A stretch of DNA of 64,000 bases from contig DASZRM010000093.1 of assembly GCA_035549135.1 (NCBI GenBank), forward strand, positions 9,378-73,377. Reading direction: 5' to 3'. Both the position numbers and the translations under genes were made by a program. The notes beneath the pieces are model-generated. The model worked only from the letters and a program-made list of their open reading frames with translations, ran no database searches and was not told the DNA's origin. Positions 29,684 to 39,462 of this stretch are shown piece by piece. This DNA comes from Rhizomicrobium sp. (lineage in GTDB: Bacteria; Pseudomonadota; Alphaproteobacteria; Micropepsales; Micropepsaceae). Position 1 is the stretch's first letter. Each line of letters opens with the position of its first letter.

Positions 29684-30346
29684 CTATTTCGTGTATGCGA
29701 CGGCCGGAGCCTGGCAGACCTTTACCTGCTCCGGATGGAGCTGGCCCCGAACGTACAGCTCGGAGCGGAGTTCGCTGCGCCAACAGGCATCTAGCGCCGA
29801 ACAATAGCAGATGCGGAATGTCATCCGCTCTCTCGCCTTGTCGAGGGCGTTCCAAACAGCGAAGTTGTCCGGCCCAAGCCGGTAGTGGATGAAGAGCTCA
29901 GAGTCGCCCGGGCGCAACACAATGCCCTGGACTGTGCCTTTGAGCAGCGGCGTGCGATTCTTGGCCTCCGGCGACGTCGCCTTCACCGCTCGATAGCCAC
30001 AGCACGCCTTGAGAAGCTCGTCGCCGGACCGGTAGGGTCTACCTTTCCAGAACACCTCGAAGCTTTCAATTTTTGCCGGCCCCACACCGGTGTTCACCAC
30101 CGAGAACTGCAAGTCGAGCTTGGCGTCGGAATCGGCGTTGCTGATTTGAATCTGAAGGAACGGCCAGGTGCTGGCCGCGACCAGGCTTTCGTTGGCGATC
30201 TCGGTGCGCACGCCGACCCATAACGATACTGCCGAGACAAAAAGCGCTGCGACAGCGAATGTCGTATCGCTCCAGTGTCGCGAACCGCGCCGCTCGCCTC
30301 CGCCTTCCGCCACGATCCAACTCCGCAGCCTCCTGTAGCGGGTCAA
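29684..30346 (-). CDS. hypothetical single-pass membrane protein, Cys-rich extracytoplasmic domain
   Basis: 220-aa ORF (track start is TTG 30346; in-frame GTG at 30313 has GGAG 7 nt upstream). One TM (TTFAVAALFVSAVSLWVGV) then about 170 aa with 7 Cys (KACCGY, FRICYCSALDACW, VKVCQ). Third-position G/C bias looks coding; no family recognised. Confidence 0.55.
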   Translation of the reverse strand: MTRYRRLRSWIVAEGGGERRGSRHWSDTTFAVAALFVSAVSLWVGVRTEIANESLVAASTWPFLQIQISNADSDAKLDLQFSVVNTGVGPAKIESFEVFWKGRPYRSGDELLKACCGYRAVKATSPEAKNRTPLLKGTVQGIVLRPGDSELFIHYRLGPDNFAVWNALDKARERMTFRICYCSALDACWRSELRSELYVRGQLHPEQVKVCQAPAVAYTK

Positions 30347-30404
30347 GCGCCAATTGGTTCCGAGCTGGGTGCGCCCGGCCCCTCCGATGCGCTAGTCTCG
30401 ACAC

Positions 30405-31139
30405 ATGCACGGTACCACCCGCTTGTCCCCGGAACTCCTCCTGCGCGCCTATGCCGAAGGCATATTTCCGATGGCGGAGCGACGGGACGATCCCGAGCTT
30501 TATTGGGTGTCTCCGGAGCGGCGGGGCGTCATTCCGCTCGATGCCTTCCATGTTCCAAGGAGGCTGGCGCGCACCGTTCGGAGCGATCGCTTCGTCGTGA
30601 CCGCGGACACGGCCTTCGTCGAGGTCATGCGCGCTTGCGCCGAGCCGGGTCCGGGTCGGGAGCAGAGTTGGATCAACGCCGAAATCCTTCGCCTCTATAC
30701 GGCGCTGCATGCGAGCGGCCACGCCCACTCCCTCGAATGCTGGCGCGACGGCAGACTCGCCGGAGGGCTCTATGGCGTCTCGCTGGGGGCAGCCTTCTTC
30801 GGCGAGAGCATGTTCAGTCGCGAACGCGACGCCAGCAAAGTTGCGCTGGTCCACCTCGTCGCTCGCCTCATCGAAGGAGGCTATGAACTCCTCGACGCGC
30901 AATTCATCACGTCGCATCTCGCGCGATTCGGCGCCATCGAGATTGCGCGCGAAGACTACCTATTGCGACTGAGGCGCGCCATCGCGCGCAGCGCCTATTG
31001 GTCGGCCCCTTCAGGCAGCGGCGCGAGCCCTTCGTTGTCGGTCGAATCAGGAGAGCGCACCTTGACCGGAGCATGCGACGCGACCATCGGCGCGGCGCCC
31101 GGGGCGTTGGTTCTGCAGAAGATCGCCCAGACATCGTAA
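30405..31139 (+). CDS. aat: leucyl/phenylalanyl-tRNA--protein transferase
   Basis: [15 protein letters not shown]...[25 protein letters not shown]...[25 protein letters not shown]...[19 protein letters not shown]...[10 protein letters not shown]. The C-terminal 48 codons overlap the convergent DUF2155 gene. Confidence 0.88.
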   Translation: MHGTTRLSPELLLRAYAEGIFPMAERRDDPELYWVSPERRGVIPLDAFHVPRRLARTVRSDRFVVTADTAFVEVMRACAEPGPGREQSWINAEILRLYTALHASGHAHSLECWRDGRLAGGLYGVSLGAAFFGESMFSRERDASKVALVHLVARLIEGGYELLDAQFITSHLARFGAIEIAREDYLLRLRRAIARSAYWSAPSGSGASPSLSVESGERTLTGACDATIGAAPGALVLQKIAQTS

Positions 31140-31492
31140 AGCGGATGATCGAGAGCGTTCAGCCCGGGACTGGAGGCGTACATCCAGCCAGAAAAAACAC
31201 GCTTCCTCGGCTTGTCAGGTCGCTTATCGTCGATCTGAACGAATGCCGAAGTCTGCGGCGTCTCGCTTGCAGGCGTCGAGTAGCAATATCGCGCGGTGAT
31301 CGTGAGCGTCGCAAATTTCACCGGCGTATTGAGCGGCGCGACGATATCGAAAGCGCGCCCAGTGATCTTGTCGAGGCCGCGCATCAGCAAGGTCGGTTTG
31401 GATGGCGCGACGGCGCTCTCGGGCCCCGCTTGGCTCTGGGCGGCGACCGCGCTGAGCGCAACCGCGAGCGCGTATGCGAAACTTCGCCTCAT
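30995..31492 (-). CDS. DUF2155-family secreted protein
   Basis: Signal peptide [22 protein letters not shown], then [54 protein letters not shown]...[27 protein letters not shown], typical of the alphaproteobacterial DUF2155 gene found beside mlaD and the NDUFA12-like gene. Confidence 0.75.
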   Translation of the reverse strand: MRRSFAYALAVALSAVAAQSQAGPESAVAPSKPTLLMRGLDKITGRAFDIVAPLNTPVKFATLTITARYCYSTPASETPQTSAFVQIDDKRPDKPRKRVFSGWMYASSPGLNALDHPLYDVWAIFCRTNAPGAAPMVASHAPVKVRSPDSTDNEGLAPLPEGADQ

Positions 31493-31977
31493 GGATGATC
31501 GCCCGGCGCGGGAGCCGGCTGCGAACCCGGCGATCCGCCTGCGCCCGTCGCGAATCGACCGATGAGACTCATCAGATCGACCGATCCTTGCGTGTTCACG
31601 ATGCGCCCTCCCGGTGGAATCATCTTGTCACTGCCGCCAGGAGAAATCGACAGGTACGAATTGCCCAACAGGCCCGTTGAGGTGACCATGATCGAGGAAT
31701 CCTCGGGTAGCTGGACATCCTTGCGGATATCAAGATGCACGGTCGCTTGATAGGTCCTTGGATCAAGCGTCAAGGCCGAAACGCTCCCGATCTTGATGCC
31801 GGAGAGACGCACGTCCGTTCCCACATTCAACCCGTCGACGCGCTGAAACTTCGCCTCCAATTGGTAGCCCGTGAGACCGACCGAGCTGGTGCTTGCGTAG
31901 GCGAAATAAAGAAATCCCGCGGCCACCGCCACGACGATGGCTCCTATCAGGGTCTCGACGGTGTTGTTGCCTTGCAT
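31489..31977 (-). CDS. mlaD: outer-membrane lipid asymmetry maintenance protein MlaD (MCE domain)
   Basis: N-terminal TM ETLIGAIVVAVAAGFLYFAY then MCE fold YQLEAKFQRVDGLNVGTDVRLSGIKIGSVSALTLDPRTYQATVHLDI...GLLGNSYLSISPG. Confidence 0.85.
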   Translation of the reverse strand: MQGNNTVETLIGAIVVAVAAGFLYFAYASTSSVGLTGYQLEAKFQRVDGLNVGTDVRLSGIKIGSVSALTLDPRTYQATVHLDIRKDVQLPEDSSIMVTSTGLLGNSYLSISPGGSDKMIPPGGRIVNTQGSVDLMSLIGRFATGAGGSPGSQPAPAPGDHP

Positions 31978-31985
31978 GGACGGAC

Positions 31986-32366
31986 CTACTCCGGTTTCCA
32001 GGCCTGGTAGTCGCCGGTGGCCGCCGCGCGAATGCCCCTACGCGCAAGGCTCCCCTCAGGTCGGTAGGCGCCCGCTGTGCCGGTCAGATTTGGCCGATGC
32101 GGCGCTTCCCAGGGCTTCGATCGCAGCTGCGCCACCGTGGGCGGATCCCTGAAGGTGTGGTGCAGCCACCCGTGCCAATCAGGCGGTACAAGAGAGGCCT
32201 CGACCGTGCCAGCATAGATCACCCAGCGCCGTTTGCCGTCCCGGGTCTGATAATAGCGATTGCCGTACTGGTCGGTCCCGACGTTTTGGCCGGAAAACCA
32301 AGTCGTTAGCATTGTCCCGTAGGTCGCGCTGCGCCACCAGGCGAAAAGCATCGAGAAGAAAGGCAT
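31986..32366 (-). CDS. NADH:ubiquinone oxidoreductase subunit NDUFA12-family protein
   Basis: VGTDQYGNRYYQTRDGKRRWVIYAGTVEASLVPPDWHGWLHHTFRDPP matches the conserved NDUFA12/B17.2 core. Confidence 0.85.
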   Translation of the reverse strand: MPFFSMLFAWWRSATYGTMLTTWFSGQNVGTDQYGNRYYQTRDGKRRWVIYAGTVEASLVPPDWHGWLHHTFRDPPTVAQLRSKPWEAPHRPNLTGTAGAYRPEGSLARRGIRAAATGDYQAWKPE

Positions 32367-32592
32367 GTCGCACCTGCTGGGATTCGAACGAACTATAGAA
32401 GGCCGAAATCCGTGGCGCCACGCAATGCGGCGCCGCGGGCAAATTGTACAGTGGATATTTGCGCTTACCTCATTTCATTCATGTCATTGGTGGGCGGAGC
32501 GCAGCAATAACCGGGGACCTGAACAGATTGCTACTACAATATTGTGTTAAGCCTGAATACATCCACTAGTTGTATTCTGACGCGCTTCGCTC

Positions 32593-33057
32593 ATGCTGCC
32601 GGCGTTGGATCGGCGCGTGGAAATTGGGGCGATGGCGATCTTCTGTCTGGGACTGGCGTTTTATCGGGACCGCAAGGCAAGCGCGGCGGTCGAGTTCGCG
32701 ATCGTCTTTCCCCTTCTCGTCGTCTTTCTCTTCGGGATCGTGTGCTACGGGGCATACTTCTGGATGGCGCACAACATCCAGGAGCTCGCCAACGACGCCG
32801 CGCGCGCCGCGGTCGCGGGTCTGACGGACGCCGAGCGACAAAGTCTCGCCGAGACCACGCTTGAGAGCGAAATCGTGAATTACGCCGTGCTCGACCCCGC
32901 GCTCGCCAAGGCGAGCTATCGCGGAGATTCGCAGTTTTTCACTGTGAGCGTGTCCTATGACGCGTCGTCGACGCCGTTCTGGGCCGCAAGCCAATTTCTG
33001 CCTATGCCGTCGCAGACCATCGTGCGCTCGGCATCCATTAAACTGGGAGGCTACTGA
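32593..33057 (+). CDS. TadE-like pseudopilin/pilus-assembly protein
   Basis: FYRDRKASAAVEFAIVFPLLVVFLFGIV is the TadE-type N-terminal prepilin-like segment. ATG at 32632 (MAIFCLGLAFYRDRKAS...) is a likelier start than 32593. Confidence 0.75.
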   Translation: MLPALDRRVEIGAMAIFCLGLAFYRDRKASAAVEFAIVFPLLVVFLFGIVCYGAYFWMAHNIQELANDAARAAVAGLTDAERQSLAETTLESEIVNYAVLDPALAKASYRGDSQFFTVSVSYDASSTPFWAASQFLPMPSQTIVRSASIKLGGY

Positions 33058-34706
33058 TGCGCGCGTCACGATGGCGCTTTCTGAGGAATCGCGACGGCTC
33101 GGTCTCGATCGTCGTCGGAGTTTGCCTGCTGATGTTCGTCGGCTTCGCCGCCGCCGCCGTCGATTTCGGCTATGTCTACCTGAAGGGGCGGCAATTGCAG
33201 GGCATCGCCGACATGTCTGCGATGGCGGCCGCCGCCAATCTCTCGGACGCGGAGAAAGCCGCGCAAGAAACCGCGAACTCCAACGGCTGGACCAAACCGG
33301 TCTCGGCGGAGGTAACAACCGGGCTCTATCAGCCCGACGCGTCGATACCGCCCTCGCAGCGCTATGCGGCGGGAATCGAGCCGGCCAATGCGGCCCGCGT
33401 CACCCTCAAAGCCGACGCGGACCTCTTTTTTGCTTCAGTGTTGATCGGCAAAAAGGCCATCTCTCTGTCCCGCACCGCAACGGCCGCCCAGGGACAGCTG
33501 GCGTCATTCTCCATCGGAACGCGACTCGCCAGCCTGAAAGGGGGCGTCGCCAACGCCCTTCTCAGCGGCCTTACAGGAAGCAGCATCAATCTGTCGGTGA
33601 TGGACTACAACGCGCTGGCGAATGCGCAGGTCGACCTCTTCCAATATGTCGACGCGCTCAGGACGCGCATGGATCTTGAGGGGGCCTCCTTCGATCGCAC
33701 CCTATCGGGTCAGATCGAAACGAACGGCGCCATTGGCGCGATTATGGACGCGCTCAACTCCGCGGGAAACAGCGCGGCCGGCCAGGCGATTCAGCAGATC
33801 GCGCAAAGTGCGAACAGCACGCCGATCGAACTTGGACAACTGCTGGATCTCGGCCCCTATGGCGGACAGGATTATGTCAACGCCTCCGGTCCGTCTGGGC
33901 TGTCGGTAAACGCCCTCGATCTGGCGCAAGCCGTGCTCGCTTTGTCGCAGGGGGGCCGGCAAGTCCAGCTCAAGCTCAATAGCGTCCTGCCAGGCGTCGC
34001 CGGCGTGACAGCATGGCTTGCCATCGGCGAAAGGCCGGAACGCACGCCATGGCTTACCGTGACCGACAATGATTCCGCGATCGTGCGCACGGCGCAGGCG
34101 AGACTGTACGTCGATACGAAGGTGGCGCCCCTCGGCGGACTTGCGGGCGTGGCGGCGATCGATCTGCCCATCTACGTTGAATTGGCGTCCGCCAAGGCCA
34201 AGCTCGCCAGCCTAAATTGCGCTTCGCCGACCGTTTCGCTTGCAGTGTCGCCAAGCATTGGCAAAACGGCGATCGGCTCCGTCAACGTGTCGGAGCTCGA
34301 CAATTTCACTGAAGAACTGACGGTCTCGCCGGCGACACTGATCAATGTTCTGCTCATCAAGGCGACGGGCAAATCCGAGATCGATCTCGGCGGCGCCGAC
34401 TGGCAAACCGTCGAATTCGACTCGGCCGATATCGCCGACCACGCCGTCAAAACCGTTTCGACAGAGGACGCGCTGACCACGGCCACCGCGAGCCTCCTGT
34501 CAAATATGTCGCTCAACGTCCAAGTGGGGGGTCTTGGCATCGGCTCGCAGCAAGTCGCTCAGAGCATCTCGCGATCGCTTCAACCCGTGGCGGCGCCCCT
34601 GGACACGGTGCTTGACAGCTTGGAGGCCATGCTCGGCGTGGGACTCGGCCAGGCAGATGTATGGGTCGACGGCGTTCGATGCCAGCACGTGGCGCTCGTG
34701 CAGTGA
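33057..34706 (+). CDS. TadG-like protein (N-terminal Flp-pilus TadE/G-like membrane segment, about 480-aa uncharacterised body)
   Basis: [59 protein letters not shown] is the TadG N-terminal signature. The rest is Ala/Gly/Ser/Leu-rich with no vWA MIDAS (DxSxS) motif that I can see. Start overlaps the TadE stop (TGATG). Confidence 0.7.
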   Translation: MRASRWRFLRNRDGSVSIVVGVCLLMFVGFAAAAVDFGYVYLKGRQLQGIADMSAMAAAANLSDAEKAAQETANSNGWTKPVSAEVTTGLYQPDASIPPSQRYAAGIEPANAARVTLKADADLFFASVLIGKKAISLSRTATAAQGQLASFSIGTRLASLKGGVANALLSGLTGSSINLSVMDYNALANAQVDLFQYVDALRTRMDLEGASFDRTLSGQIETNGAIGAIMDALNSAGNSAAGQAIQQIAQSANSTPIELGQLLDLGPYGGQDYVNASGPSGLSVNALDLAQAVLALSQGGRQVQLKLNSVLPGVAGVTAWLAIGERPERTPWLTVTDNDSAIVRTAQARLYVDTKVAPLGGLAGVAAIDLPIYVELASAKAKLASLNCASPTVSLAVSPSIGKTAIGSVNVSELDNFTEELTVSPATLINVLLIKATGKSEIDLGGADWQTVEFDSADIADHAVKTVSTEDALTTATASLLSNMSLNVQVGGLGIGSQQVAQSISRSLQPVAAPLDTVLDSLEAMLGVGLGQADVWVDGVRCQHVALVQ

Positions 34707-34831
34707 CGGATTGGTCTATCCACAATCCGCCACCAATGCCGGCATCGCCACGCGACGTCACGAAACTGAAAATATTTTCACGCTCAATTCCGAACCCCGC
34801 TTGACTCGCGGCTTTTTGCAAGAGCGCAGCC

Positions 34832-34847
34832 CTACTAGATGTAGGGC
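34832..34847. promoter_or_regulatory. candidate NrdR box upstream of nrdJ
   Basis: CTACTAGATGTAGGGC versus the published NrdR-box pattern acaCwAtATaTwGtgt: all six strongly conserved positions (C4, A6, A8, T9, T11, G13) match, 10/16 overall. I found only one box, whereas NrdR sites usually come in pairs. Confidence 0.3.
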
Positions 34848-35064
34848 CCGCGTCTTGGTTAACCACTTTGTCCTTGCGAAGGCGATCCGGCTGGGGCCAT
34901 ACTTTGCGCCTGTCGCCGATCGCGACACCAAATCTGGGCGGACCCGAAGCATTGCGCCGCCGGACAGGCTGCCGCACAGGCATGCTTCCGGCGAAGGCGG
35001 ACCTGTCCCTGGAGGCGGAGCGCAGAAGGCGAGAACGGCTCAAACTTTCAGTTCGGGGGCAGGC

Positions 35065-38000
35065 ATGCGTATTCGGCGTCTCTTCACCACGGAAGGTCGC
35101 GATCCCTATGAAGGCGTCGCGTTCGTCAAAGCTTCCAGCGAGATCCGCAATCCGGACGGCTCGATCGTCTTCAAACAAGACGACATCGAGGCGCCCGAAC
35201 AGTGGAGCCAGGTGGCCTGCGACGTGCTGGCGCAAAAGTACTTCCGCAAGGCGGGAGTGCCCACAAAGCTCGTCAGCGCGCCCGAAGAGAACGTGCCCGC
35301 CTTTCTCTGGCGCAAGGTGGCCGACGGCTCGGAGACGGACGGGGAGCGTTCTGCAAAGCAAGTGTTCGATCGGCTCGCCGGCGCCTGGGCCTATTGGGGC
35401 TGGAAGGGCGGGTATTTCGATCAGGAGAGCGATGCGCGCGCGTTTCGCGACGAGATCTGCCACATGCTCGCCACGCAGAAGGCGGCGCCCAATTCGCCGC
35501 AGTGGTTCAACACGGGCCTGCATTGGGCCTATGGCATAGACGGGCCGAGCCAGGGACACTTTTACGTCGACTTCAAATCCGGCCGGCTCACGAAATCGAA
35601 CTCCGCCTATGAGCACCCCCAGCCGCACGCCTGCTTCATCCAGGGCGTGAAGGACGACCTCGTCAACGAGGGCGGCATCATGGATTTGTGGACGCGCGAG
35701 GCGCGCCTGTTCAAATACGGCTCCGGCACAGGCACCAACTTCTCTTCCTTGCGCGGCGAGAACGAGAAGCTTTCGGGCGGCGGCAAGTCGTCCGGCCTGA
35801 TGAGCTTCCTCAAGATCGGCGACCGCGCGGCCGGCGCGATCAAGTCGGGCGGCACGACTCGCAGGGCTGCGAAGATGGTGATCGTCGACGTCGATCATCC
35901 GGACATCGAGGACTTCATCGACTGGAAGGTCGTCGAGGAGCAGAAGGTTGCTGCGATGGTCGCCGGCTCCAAGCTCTGCGAAAAACACCTCAAGCAGGTC
36001 TTGAAAGCGTGCATCAACTGCGACGGATCGGGCGACGACTGCTTCGACCCAAAGAAGAATCCGGCGCTTCGCCGCGAAGTGAAGGCTGCGCGCAGGGCGA
36101 TGATTCCCGACAACTACATCGAGCGCGTCATCGCCTTCGCAAAGCAGGGTTATACCGACATCGATTTCAAGACCTACGACACCGACTGGGACTCGGAAGC
36201 CTATCTGTCGGTCTCGGGTCAGAACTCGAACAACTCCGTACGGGTCACCGACGAATTTCTGCGCGCGGTGATCGACGACGCCGACTGGGCGCTCCGGCAG
36301 CGCGTCAGCGGCAAGATCGTCAAGACAATCAAGGCGCGCGAGCTTTGGGAAAAAATCTCCTATGCGGCGTGGGCGTGCGCGGATCCGGGAATACAGTTCC
36401 ACACCACGATTAACGACTGGCACACCTGTCCCGCCGGCGGACCGATCCGGGCGTCCAATCCGTGCTCGGAATACATGTTCCTGGACGACACCGCATGCAA
36501 CCTCGCGTCCCTGAACCTGATGGCGTTCCGGAAGGAGGCCGGCGGCAGGAAAGTTTTCGATGTCGCCGCTTTTGAACACGCCGTGCGCCTATGGACGATC
36601 GTGCTCGAAATCTCCGTGATGATGGCGCAATTCCCCTCGAGAGAGATCGCGCAGCTTTCCTACGACTATCGAACACTGGGGCTCGGCTTCGCAAATATCG
36701 GAGGCCTTTTGATGGCCGCCGGCATTCCATACGATTCGCGCGAAGGCCGCGCCATAGCGGGCGCCATCAGTGCGGTGATGACAGGCGTGTCCTATGCGAC
36801 CTCAGCCGAGATGGCCGGAGAACTCGGCGCCTTTCCCGAGCATGCGGCAAACCGCCAATCGATGCTTCGCGTCATTCGCAATCACCGCCGCGCCGCGCAT
36901 GGCGAGGCGAGTGGTTACGAGGGACTTGCGACGCCACCGGTTCCGCTGGATCTCGCCGCAATTCCGGACCCGGAGCTTGCCCATGCGGCCAAGCGCGCCT
37001 GGGACGATGCGCTGGCGATGGGCGAAGAATTCGGTTATCGCAATGCGCAGGCCACAGTGATCGCGCCGACCGGGACGATCGGCCTCGTCATGGATTGCGA
37101 CACGACCGGTGTCGAGCCCGACTTCGCCCTCGTCAAGTTCAAGAAGCTGGCCGGCGGCGGCTATTTCAAAATCATCAATCGCTGCGTTCCCGAGGCGCTG
37201 GCGACGCTGGGTTACGCGCAAAACCAGATCGACGACATCGTCGCCTATGCGGTCGGGCACGGCACGCTGGAGACTCTCAAGTCGGGGCTCACGCACGATG
37301 CATTGCGGGCGAAGGGCTTTGGCGACGTCGAAATCGCTTCTGTGGAAGCGGCGCTCGAGGCGGCGTTCGACATTCGTTTTGTATTCAACAAGTACACGCT
37401 AGGGCTCGAATTCTGCCAGCATGTTCTCAAGCTCGACCCGGCGCTGCTCGAATCCCCTGATTTCGACCTGCTGAAGGCGATCGGTTTTTCGCGCGCCGAA
37501 ATCGACGCGGCCAATCTGCACGTTTGCGGCGCGATGACGCTCGAAGGCGCGCCGCATTTGAAGGAGGAACATCTGGCGGTCTTCGACTGCGCAAACCCGT
37601 GCGGCCGCATCGGAAAGCGCGCGCTTAGCGTCGAGAGCCACATCCGCATGATGGCGGCCGTGCAGCCGTTCATTTCCGGCGCAATCTCCAAGACGATCAA
37701 CATGCCGAACTCCGCCACCGTCAAGGATTGCGGCGAAAGCTACATGCTGTCGTGGAAGCTTGGACTCAAGGCCAACGCGCTCTATCGCGACGGCTCCAAG
37801 CTCTCCCAGCCCTTGGCGAGCCAGGTGCTGCAGATCGACGACGACGAAGAAGACGAGCTGGAAGAGGCGCCGATGGCCGCGCGCACGACTGTCGTCACCG
37901 AACGCGTCGTGGAAAGGGTGGTGGAGCGCATCCGCCAGAAAGACCGCGAACGCCTGCCGCACCGGCGCAAGGGCTACACCCAGAAGGCGGTGGTCGGCGG

Positions 38001-38790
38001 CCACAAGGTCTATTTGCGCACCGGCGAGTACGAGGACGGGCGGCTCGGAGAGATTTTTATCGACATGCACAAGGACGGCGCCGCCTTCCGCTCGTTGATG
38101 GACGGCTTCGCCATCGCCATCTCCATGGGCCTGCAATACGGCGTGCCGCTCGAGGAATTCGTGGACGCCTTCACATTTACCCGCTTCGAGCCCGCCGGCA
38201 TGGTGATGGGCAATGACTCGATCAAGAATGCGACCAGCGTTCTTGATTACATTTTCCGCGAGCTGGCGATTTCCTATCTCGGCCGTTACGACCTCGCCCA
38301 TGTTCCGCCCGGTCAGGACGAAGACGTCGGCGACGGTGTGGAGGATGCGCCTCGCCCCGCCAAGGAGATCGTGCGCAAGGTCGCCTCCAACGGTTTCGTG
38401 CGCGGACGCTTCGGAAACATTGGCGTGGTGCGCGGCGGCGCGGCGCCCAAGATGATGGAGGAGCAGGACAGCCACGCCGCGCACGCCCAAGACGGCCTCG
38501 AAGAGGAGGCCGAGTTCGCGACCGTCGATCTCAGCGAAATCCGCTCCGAGGTCCTCGAAGCGGCGGCCAATCCCGTGGGCGATATCGTCACCACGCTCAG
38601 CGCCAGCCTGACCGAGCGCGTCGTGATGTCGGCCGGAGGTTCGCGCGACCTGCAGGCGCGCCGCGCGGCCGAGGCCCGGATGAAGGGCTACGAGGGCGAC
38701 GCCTGCGGCTCATGCGGCAATTTCACGCTGGTGCGCAACGGCACCTGCATGAAGTGCAACACCTGCGGAAGCACGAGCGGTTGCAGCTGA
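35065..38790 (+). CDS. nrdJ: class II (adenosylcobalamin-dependent) ribonucleotide reductase
   Basis: From ATG 35065: [18 protein letters not shown]...[20 protein letters not shown]...NSPQWFNTG...ACFIQ...[21 protein letters not shown]...ISKTINMPN...[14 protein letters not shown]-terminal Cys-rich tail [27 protein letters not shown]. The track ORF start 34534 is an upstream read-through. Confidence 0.93.
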   Translation: MRIRRLFTTEGRDPYEGVAFVKASSEIRNPDGSIVFKQDDIEAPEQWSQVACDVLAQKYFRKAGVPTKLVSAPEENVPAFLWRKVADGSETDGERSAKQVFDRLAGAWAYWGWKGGYFDQESDARAFRDEICHMLATQKAAPNSPQWFNTGLHWAYGIDGPSQGHFYVDFKSGRLTKSNSAYEHPQPHACFIQGVKDDLVNEGGIMDLWTREARLFKYGSGTGTNFSSLRGENEKLSGGGKSSGLMSFLKIGDRAAGAIKSGGTTRRAAKMVIVDVDHPDIEDFIDWKVVEEQKVAAMVAGSKLCEKHLKQVLKACINCDGSGDDCFDPKKNPALRREVKAARRAMIPDNYIERVIAFAKQGYTDIDFKTYDTDWDSEAYLSVSGQNSNNSVRVTDEFLRAVIDDADWALRQRVSGKIVKTIKARELWEKISYAAWACADPGIQFHTTINDWHTCPAGGPIRASNPCSEYMFLDDTACNLASLNLMAFRKEAGGRKVFDVAAFEHAVRLWTIVLEISVMMAQFPSREIAQLSYDYRTLGLGFANIGGLLMAAGIPYDSREGRAIAGAISAVMTGVSYATSAEMAGELGAFPEHAANRQSMLRVIRNHRRAAHGEASGYEGLATPPVPLDLAAIPDPELAHAAKRAWDDALAMGEEFGYRNAQATVIAPTGTIGLVMDCDTTGVEPDFALVKFKKLAGGGYFKIINRCVPEALATLGYAQNQIDDIVAYAVGHGTLETLKSGLTHDALRAKGFGDVEIASVEAALEAAFDIRFVFNKYTLGLEFCQHVLKLDPALLESPDFDLLKAIGFSRAEIDAANLHVCGAMTLEGAPHLKEEHLAVFDCANPCGRIGKRALSVESHIRMMAAVQPFISGAISKTINMPNSATVKDCGESYMLSWKLGLKANALYRDGSKLSQPLASQVLQIDDDEEDELEEAPMAARTTVVTERVVERVVERIRQKDRERLPHRRKGYTQKAVVGGHKVYLRTGEYEDGRLGEIFIDMHKDGAAFRSLMDGFAIAISMGLQYGVPLEEFVDAFTFTRFEPAGMVMGNDSIKNATSVLDYIFRELAISYLGRYDLAHVPPGQDEDVGDGVEDAPRPAKEIVRKVASNGFVRGRFGNIGVVRGGAAPKMMEEQDSHAAHAQDGLEEEAEFATVDLSEIRSEVLEAAANPVGDIVTTLSASLTERVVMSAGGSRDLQARRAAEARMKGYEGDACGSCGNFTLVRNGTCMKCNTCGSTSGCS

Positions 38791-38997
38791 AGACAAAAAG
38801 CGTTGAGGCGCGGCGCATCGTCGAGGTGATCGACCGCGGCGGACATGTGCTGCGTCTCTACGCCGTTGCGCTCGAGGATGCCGATTGCGATGACGCAGAA
38901 TATGAGGAAGCCGCCCTAATCCTGGCAGAACAGGACGGGCTGGGTCGTCGGGCGCGGCGACTACGCGCCCGCTGCGTCGGCAAGGCGCTTTAGCTTC

Positions 38998-39462
38998 TCA
39001 GGCTCTGTCGATTCGGCAGGCGAAGCAGCCTCGCCCTGCATTGTGGATGTGGATGTAGCAAACGTCCTCGCGCGCGAATAGGCGCTTGATCGCGTCCTCC
39101 ACCTCGTCGCCGTGCGCTACCTCCGCGTAGACGATGCAGTCCGCGCCGTCATAGCCGCGCAACGACAGCGTGCGCCCGCGCAGAACCGGCGGCGCGACAT
39201 CGACGCGATCGAACGCCTGACGCGCAGCCTCGCGCACGAAGATCGGTCCCGAGGCGCGATAGGGCGAATGCGCAGTCTGGTGCTCGAACGGCAGGAGGAT
39301 CACCCGCTCACCGGGCTCGGCGTCTTCGAGGCTGACGCGGCAGGGAAATCCCGGCTTCTCGTCCACGACCATCCGCCGCATGCCGCGGGACTCGAGCTCC
39401 GCGTCGCTCAGCGCGAAAAGTGGTTCGAATTGGGACGGCGAAAGTCCGACAGCGCGAAACAT
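38998..39462 (-). CDS. DUF1203-family protein
   Basis: MFRAVGLSPSQFEPLFALSDAELESRGMRRMVVDEKPGFPCRVSLEDAEPGERVILLPFEHQ...SPYRASGPIFV matches the DUF1203 pattern as I remember it. Confidence 0.7.
   Translation of the reverse strand: MFRAVGLSPSQFEPLFALSDAELESRGMRRMVVDEKPGFPCRVSLEDAEPGERVILLPFEHQTAHSPYRASGPIFVREAARQAFDRVDVAPPVLRGRTLSLRGYDGADCIVYAEVAHGDEVEDAIKRLFAREDVCYIHIHNAGRGCFACRIDRA

Noticed and set aside
32372-32400. tRNA-like T-loop string GGGATTCGAACG
   Set aside because: The flanking bases do not form a T-stem (CTGGG versus CGAAC are not complementary). No acceptor or anticodon arms can be drawn. It is simply the region just upstream of the NDUFA12-like gene start.
34768-34779. Perfect palindrome GAAAATATTTTC as a second NrdR box
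   Set aside because: Aligned to the NrdR consensus acaCwAtATaTwGtgt, it matches only about 2 of 8 positions per half-site. It is kept as an unexplained palindrome within the nrdJ leader finding rather than called as an NrdR site.
34534-35064. 177-codon upstream extension of nrdJ in the ORF track (and similar extensions of tyrS at 4559-4675 and the M23 gene at 9944-10095)
   Set aside because: These are open-frame read-throughs with no resemblance to the respective families. Conserved N-termini begin at the internal ATGs (35065, 4676, 10096/10046), and the extensions overlap neighbouring genes or leader regions.
34707-35064. Cobalamin riboswitch upstream of nrdJ
   Set aside because: I looked for the B12 box (GCCACUG-type) and the conserved GGUGNGAAUCC-like core on the plus strand and found neither. 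B12 repression of a B12-dependent RNR would also be biologically unexpected.
34513-36579. 688-aa ORF on the minus strand
   Set aside because: It lies entirely antisense to the upstream read-through and N-terminal half of nrdJ, whose plus-strand translation carries unmistakable class II RNR motifs. The minus-frame product is Arg/Ala/Gly/Val/Asp-rich low complexity with no recognisable domain. This is the typical shadow ORF of high-GC DNA.
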